Shown: positions 59,326 to 64,000 of the stretch, piece by piece
How the letters are laid out: each line of letters starts with the position of its first letter
Numbering within the stretch: the stretch's first letter is position 1
Source of the DNA: an uncultured archaeon
GTDB lineage: Archaea > Asgardarchaeota > Lokiarchaeia > Sigyniarchaeales > SOKP01
DNA length: 64,000 nt
Direction: 5' to 3'
Assembly: GCA_964388035.1 (NCBI GenBank)
Contig: CAYLZE010000007.1
Span: 48,246 to 112,245 of the forward strand
Notes under the pieces: generated by a model
Told to the model about the DNA's origin: nothing
The model's database searches: none
Seen by the model: the letters and a program-made list of their open reading frames with translations, nothing else
Position numbers and translations under genes: made by a program

Positions 59326-60237
59326 TTAAAATGCTCCCATGATGCTTTTTGAAAGCATTTTATATTCTTTTTGGGTTACTAAATTATAAATGTAGTCAGA
59401 AATTAAACTCACGGCTTCTGGAATCTTTCTAAAACTTGGAAAGTCATTAATGTCCAGGATATAAGGTATGTTATCTTTTATCACGTAGTCAATTCCAAAT
59501 ATTGGCATTCCAAGCACTTTACCTATTTTTAGGATTTGATGCTTAAAATTTTCATCTACAGAAACTCTCATGTGTATCAATTCTAAAGGTGTGAAGTCCA
59601 TGATATCGTGTAGGCGATTCGTTGATGTCACCGAAACAATCCATTTATCAATCACGTATACTTTGTAAATGATTTCAAATTCTCCTAAATACTGTTGGCA
59701 AAATACTTCTTTAAAGTGATAGGGTTTGATCAAATTGAGAAATTCTCTCTTAGTGGATGCTATACCTAATATCCGATCTTCCTTTTTAATCTCTTCAGCA
59801 TTATGTACATCTAATTTAACAATGATTTTTTCATGGTTATGGATTGCATTTAAAGCAGCTTCCATTGTAGAATAAAATCTGGGGACGTTTACACTCTCGA
59901 GATAGGTATTGATTAAATCGAAAGTTTCTCTCCGACTTTCACACGCCTTTACAGCAGTTATACTATTTAGCAATGGAATTTGGGGTGCATGGGCATGGAG
60001 GAATTGGTAAATCATTGAATTGGATTTTCTGGAAAATACTTTTAAAATAATTAAGGAAATCGGATACTTTTTTAATCTTTTCTTAGAGTATTTTACAGAA
60101 AAAGTGTTTTTGTCAAGAAGGTCGACAATTTTTATGTTGTAATATAATTCGCAAAATTCTTTTATTTCTCTAAATATCTCGCAGTCTCGTTCATTAATCG
60201 AGCCAATATATATTCTTTTACGGAATGATTTGGCCAT
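59326..60237 (-). CDS. ATP-grasp enzyme, ITPK1-like inositol phosphate kinase
   Basis: QQYLG...IYKVYVID, IFGIDYV, ILDINDFPSF. Confidence 0.8.
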   Translation of the reverse strand: MAKSFRKRIYIGSINERDCEIFREIKEFCELYYNIKIVDLLDKNTFSVKYSKKRLKKYPISLIILKVFSRKSNSMIYQFLHAHAPQIPLLNSITAVKACESRRETFDLINTYLESVNVPRFYSTMEAALNAIHNHEKIIVKLDVHNAEEIKKEDRILGIASTKREFLNLIKPYHFKEVFCQQYLGEFEIIYKVYVIDKWIVSVTSTNRLHDIMDFTPLELIHMRVSVDENFKHQILKIGKVLGMPIFGIDYVIKDNIPYILDINDFPSFRKIPEAVSLISDYIYNLVTQKEYKMLSKSIMGAF

Positions 60238-60462
60238 TTTTTAATTAAACGATGATTTGATTCTATTACAGTCAATCAAATTATATAAATTTAATCATGG
60301 GAATTTTATAGATTTTAAGGATTATATAATATTAATAAAAAGAAAAATTGCCTAATCCATTAAGAATAAAAGGGGATAGCTCAATAATGAACATCTTTAT
60401 TTTAATAAGTATTTTATATATAAAACTGATGCTCATAAATTAATAACAAGATTCCATTCCTC

Positions 60463-61284
60463 ATGACGGTAAAAATAGGTATAATAACTGATGATTACCA
60501 TTTTAAAAACAAATTATCTGAATTATTTAATTATTTAAAAGATAAAGCGGATATTCGCATTTATTTAGAACAAGATTATTTACTCTCATTCGAGAATTTG
60601 AACTTTAATGAAGACATTTTTTTTGTGAAAACGAAAGGGGATCTTGCTTTAGGTCTTGTAAGATTTATTGAAAGAGAGACTTCCATTCCCGTCATTAACT
60701 CTTATAGTGGAATTTTTCTTGCCATGCACAGATTCTTAAATTCAATCTATTTGCAGAGAAATAGCATTCGAGTACCGAATTTTGCATTATATCCGATTAA
60801 CAAACTTCCCCCATTTAATAATTATATTATTAAAAACCTCATAGATCAGAAAAATTATGTCTTTGAGCCCCAATATAATGCCTTTAATGATAAGCATCGG
60901 GTGATTGATAAACGCGCCTTAGAGGAATCTCATGAAGAAGAAAAAATTTATCACTATTATTATTATCAAGAATTTATAGAAAGTGAATGGGAATATAAAG
61001 TATATGGTGTGGGGGATGAAATCTATTTTTATAAACAAATTCCTATCTTGATGGAGCCAAATAAGACCAAAACTCGAAAAAAGATCCCTAGGATTCCCGA
61101 ATTAGAAGAAATGAGTTTAAAAGCAATGGAAGCTTTAAATCTAAAAATTGCTTCCATGGATTTTCTTAAATCAGAAAGAGAACTTTTTTACCTTACTGAT
61201 ATTAACAGCACGCCTAATTTCACTTACATGGAACGAGGAGCTCAAATAATTGGAGATTTTTTAATGGAACAAGCAAAGAAATGA
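60463..61284 (+). CDS. ATP-grasp enzyme, ITPK1-like
   Basis: YQEFIESEWEYKVYGVGD, IASMDFL, LTDINSTPNF. Confidence 0.75.
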   Translation: MTVKIGIITDDYHFKNKLSELFNYLKDKADIRIYLEQDYLLSFENLNFNEDIFFVKTKGDLALGLVRFIERETSIPVINSYSGIFLAMHRFLNSIYLQRNSIRVPNFALYPINKLPPFNNYIIKNLIDQKNYVFEPQYNAFNDKHRVIDKRALEESHEEEKIYHYYYYQEFIESEWEYKVYGVGDEIYFYKQIPILMEPNKTKTRKKIPRIPELEEMSLKAMEALNLKIASMDFLKSERELFYLTDINSTPNFTYMERGAQIIGDFLMEQAKK

Positions 61285-61298
61285 GATGAATTAAAAGG

Positions 61299-62096
61299 AT
61301 GCGAATTGGTATATTAACGAAAAAGACAGATGAAGAGAGTTTCATCGGAAAATTAGTGAAATCTTTACAATCTAAAGGGCATGTAATTGAATTAAGGGAT
61401 GAATCTAGCATTTCCATTGATACGTCCTTGATGCACAATGATTTTTATGTGTTGAAATCCAAAGGTCTCATATTTTTATACGCAGCTTTTTATCTTATAA
61501 ATAATAAAATCCCCGTATTTCCCGATCCTTATTTGACATTTAAGCATAAGGATAGGATAGAGGCATATTATCTAATAAAGAACATTCATTTAAAAACGCC
61601 TAAATTTTATGTTGGAACCCCTTCAGTATTAAAAGTAAAATTATCCGATAAAGATTTTCCGCTTGTTTTAAAATCAATGATGGGTTCTGGGAGCAAAGGA
61701 ATAATCATGATAACAAAAAGAGCAGCATTGGATTCTCTTCCTTCAGAAAAGATTTTCTATTTTCAAGAATACATTTCCGGAAGTCATTATTTAGTATATT
61801 TCATTGAGGATGAGTTATCAGTATTAAATAAACCCCCCTTTTCTAATGAGCATGTATCAATGGAAGCAGTTTCACTGGAAAAAGATGTTATTGACGTTGT
61901 AAATAAATGGAAAAGGGAATATGAACTACCTTATGGACATTTAGATATGGTTCGAGAAGAAAATTCTGAGAACCTCTATATAGTAGATGTAGGATGCTTT
62001 CCGGATTTTACAAATTGGAAAGGAAAAGGTAATGCGGTAGACATGATTAGTGCAATAATCTCAGAAAAAATAGAAAAAGCAAAAAGTCCCAAATAA
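61299..62096 (+). CDS. ATP-grasp enzyme, ITPK1/RimK-like (divergent)
   Basis: FPLVLKS.MGSGSKG, FQEYI, YGHLDMV, IVDVGCFPDF. Confidence 0.72.
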   Translation: MRIGILTKKTDEESFIGKLVKSLQSKGHVIELRDESSISIDTSLMHNDFYVLKSKGLIFLYAAFYLINNKIPVFPDPYLTFKHKDRIEAYYLIKNIHLKTPKFYVGTPSVLKVKLSDKDFPLVLKSMMGSGSKGIIMITKRAALDSLPSEKIFYFQEYISGSHYLVYFIEDELSVLNKPPFSNEHVSMEAVSLEKDVIDVVNKWKREYELPYGHLDMVREENSENLYIVDVGCFPDFTNWKGKGNAVDMISAIISEKIEKAKSPK

Positions 62097-62223
62097 CTGC
62101 TAAAAAACGTTAATTATATTTCTTGAAATGCCCATTTTGGCCAAAAATTTTAATGAATTTCCTTGGCTCACATGTAAAAAAATAATAAAGTAAAGTAAAA
62201 TAAAAAAAAATTATTTTTAAATT

Positions 62224-63465
62224 CTATCTTTTTTCTTGGATTGATTCTAACTCCTGTCCCTTAGTTTCATAAGGCTTGATAAATAATGCTAATAAGGGCA
62301 ATATGATTAAAATTCCGCCCACTACCCAAAAACCTACCATATCGGGAAACATCAATAATAACCCTGAAGCAATTAAAGGTCCTATGACATATCCACTACG
62401 AGATATTGTATTAGTAACTCCATTAGCGGTAGCCCTGATTCTTGTAGGAAAGATTTCATTGAAATAAACCATGATCCATCCCAAAATTATCGGCATGAAT
62501 AAATAAATCATCCAATAAAAGATGGATAATGCTGTAAAAGCTAAAAAGACGAAGCCAATAAACGAACCAATGCATCCTATCAATAAAGTTCCGTTTCTCC
62601 CTAATTTATCCATGAATATTCCCGAAAGTAGTGCGCCTACCATGGTTAGCAATCCTCCCACCGTTAATATAGAACGATATTCATCATTAGTTAATCCCTG
62701 AATGCTTACATAGAAATATCCACCCCATGTGGTTCCCATTTTGAAAGATACCGTCCAGAGAGTGTATACGATGGTAGATATTGCTACATACTGTATATCT
62801 TTTCTTTTTAAAGACTTTAAAGCTGTTTTAATTTTAAGTTTTTCTTGACTATATTCTGCTTTTGAAGCTTCCCAGCGTTGCGTTTCTCTCATAAAATACC
62901 AAGGTATAAAAAGGAATAAGGTGAAGAAAAACATGATTCCATATCCCCAGCGCCAACCTAAGCTCTCTGCAATCGGGGCAGCCACGAATGCATAAAGAGG
63001 TATGAGCCCAATTAGAAATGCAATCCCTCCATAAATTGCTCTGTTATTTGCTGGAGCTTCTTCAGTAATTGGTAATTCCCAAGCATTACTTAAAGTTCCT
63101 GTAATCACCAACGCATAACATAGCATGAAGAGATGGAACGGCATTGGGAATAATATTAATCCCGCGGGTAATCCTATGGCACACATGAGAATAAGTATCC
63201 CTTTTTTGCGACCCCATCTATCAAACGCCCAGGCAACCAAAAAAACCGAAAAGGTGATGATTCCATAAATTCCCTGCCAAAATGCAAAAGTTTCAGCGCT
63301 TACCCCTAAATCTGGGAGCATGTATGGAATGAGTGGCCCTTCCACTAAACTACAATACTGGTCCAGTAATGACACGCCCCCCATAAAGAGGGTTAAAAAG
63401 ATGACATACTTTTTGGATCTGGTTGATTGAAATTTTTTTTCTGCAAATACATCTAATTTTGACAT
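62224..63465 (-). CDS. MFS transporter
   Basis: FDRWGRKK, EEAP..NRA, MDKLGR, EIFPTRIRATANG, ETKG.ELE. Confidence 0.92.
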   Translation of the reverse strand: MSKLDVFAEKKFQSTRSKKYVIFLTLFMGGVSLLDQYCSLVEGPLIPYMLPDLGVSAETFAFWQGIYGIITFSVFLVAWAFDRWGRKKGILILMCAIGLPAGLILFPMPFHLFMLCYALVITGTLSNAWELPITEEAPANNRAIYGGIAFLIGLIPLYAFVAAPIAESLGWRWGYGIMFFFTLFLFIPWYFMRETQRWEASKAEYSQEKLKIKTALKSLKRKDIQYVAISTIVYTLWTVSFKMGTTWGGYFYVSIQGLTNDEYRSILTVGGLLTMVGALLSGIFMDKLGRNGTLLIGCIGSFIGFVFLAFTALSIFYWMIYLFMPIILGWIMVYFNEIFPTRIRATANGVTNTISRSGYVIGPLIASGLLLMFPDMVGFWVVGGILIILPLLALFIKPYETKGQELESIQEKR

Positions 63466-63820
63466 AAAACCACTTTACATATTAGTTTTAATTGATTGAA
63501 TTGAATTTTCAAAAAATAAAAAATACAATATATTCATTTTCGCTATACTTATTTATAAATATTTTCGTTTTTAGGACACGCTGAATTTCAACGGAGATTT
63601 ATACATTACCAATGTAAAACCATTTAGAAAAAATGAAAAAGTAATAATAATGCTTCAAAGGTTTTCTTATTAAAAATTGGGAATGCTGATTTGAGGGGGT
63701 ATTCTTAAATAGAATGTAATTAAAAAGAGTTAGTAAAAAAAGGAGGAAGTAAATTGATCAGTTTTTTTCTGATTAAGATTTAACCTTTTCTCCATGTTGG
63801 ATTCTTTGTATTTCTGCTTT

Positions 63821-64000
63821 TTATTCTTGTTGCTGTTCTTGTTCTTGTTGCTGTTCTTGTTCTTGTTGCTGTTCTTGTTCTTGTTGCTGTTCTTTATTAA
63901 ATTCTTCCACTTTCTTTTTTACCGATTCATCAGGCGAAACGGGAATAGGCATTTTCTCGAAAATCTCGATGAACTTAACATTATCAATTTCATCCGTCAT
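63821..64000 (-). CDS. C-terminal part of a gene entering from the right edge, with a Glu/Gln repeat tail
   Basis: Open frame MTDEIDNVKFIEIFEKMPIPVSPDESVKKKVEEFNKEQQQEQEQQQEQEQQQEQEQQQE* with TAA at 63821-63823. Confidence 0.6.
   Translation of the reverse strand: MTDEIDNVKFIEIFEKMPIPVSPDESVKKKVEEFNKEQQQEQEQQQEQEQQQEQEQQQE
63824..63894. repeat. 18-bp tandem repeat, about 3.9 copies (TTCTTGTTGCTGTTCTTG)
   Basis: Perfect copies starting at 63824, 63842 and 63860, and a near-complete copy at 63878; in frame, encodes EQQQEQ. Confidence 0.95.

Noticed and set aside
48485-62096. ATP-grasp genes as a RiPP (graspetide) or RimK/LysX cluster
   Set aside because: No precursor peptide or LysW seen; the D-x-N-x-FP motif and ino1 adjacency fit ITPK1 better.
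2291-62467. Numerous 60-115 aa ORFs antisense to or nested in long genes
   Set aside because: Shadow ORFs of well-supported genes, with no recognisable motifs.
63824-63894. CRISPR array
   Set aside because: Contiguous 18-bp repeats without spacers, in coding frame; no cas genes in the window.

Overview
AT-rich (roughly 30% GC by eye) archaeal chromosomal segment, very likely Asgard (Lokiarchaeia). Support: an aEF-2 paralogue lacking the diphthamide His, a roadblock-Rab-like GTPase fusion, a gelsolin-domain protein, a PCI/winged-helix repeat protein, ITPK1-like kinases beside inositol-3-phosphate synthase, aCPSF1, an A/V-type ATPase operon and BHB-intron tRNAs. Main blocks: (1) housekeeping genes and eukaryote-like proteins (1-15.9 kb), including tRNA-Gln(CTG) with one intron and tRNA-Gly(CCC) with three introns; (2) an orphan cheB behind a roadblock-GTPase and an LCIB carbonic anhydrase; (3) a rearranged A/V-ATPase operon (K-C-H-F-E-A-B-D-I) whose atpD appears to start at ATT; (4) a chemosensory cluster (3TM partner, MCP, cheW, cheY, cheA, 1064-aa Ig/coiled-coil protein, unknown protein, CheW-CheC-CheC fusion) with no archaellum or cheF gene in the window, followed co-directionally by a gelsolin and a Na+/Ca2+ exchanger; (5) an inositol/sugar region with Ino1, four ITPK1-like ATP-grasp enzymes, three MFS transporters, a dehydrogenase and a GH38/57-like hydrolase. 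The strongest candidate for a new system is a chemotaxis pathway that outputs to the actin cytoskeleton, plus a two-gene split 3TM+3TM sensor module shared by the MCP and a histidine kinase. All family calls are from motif recognition by eye; no searches were run.
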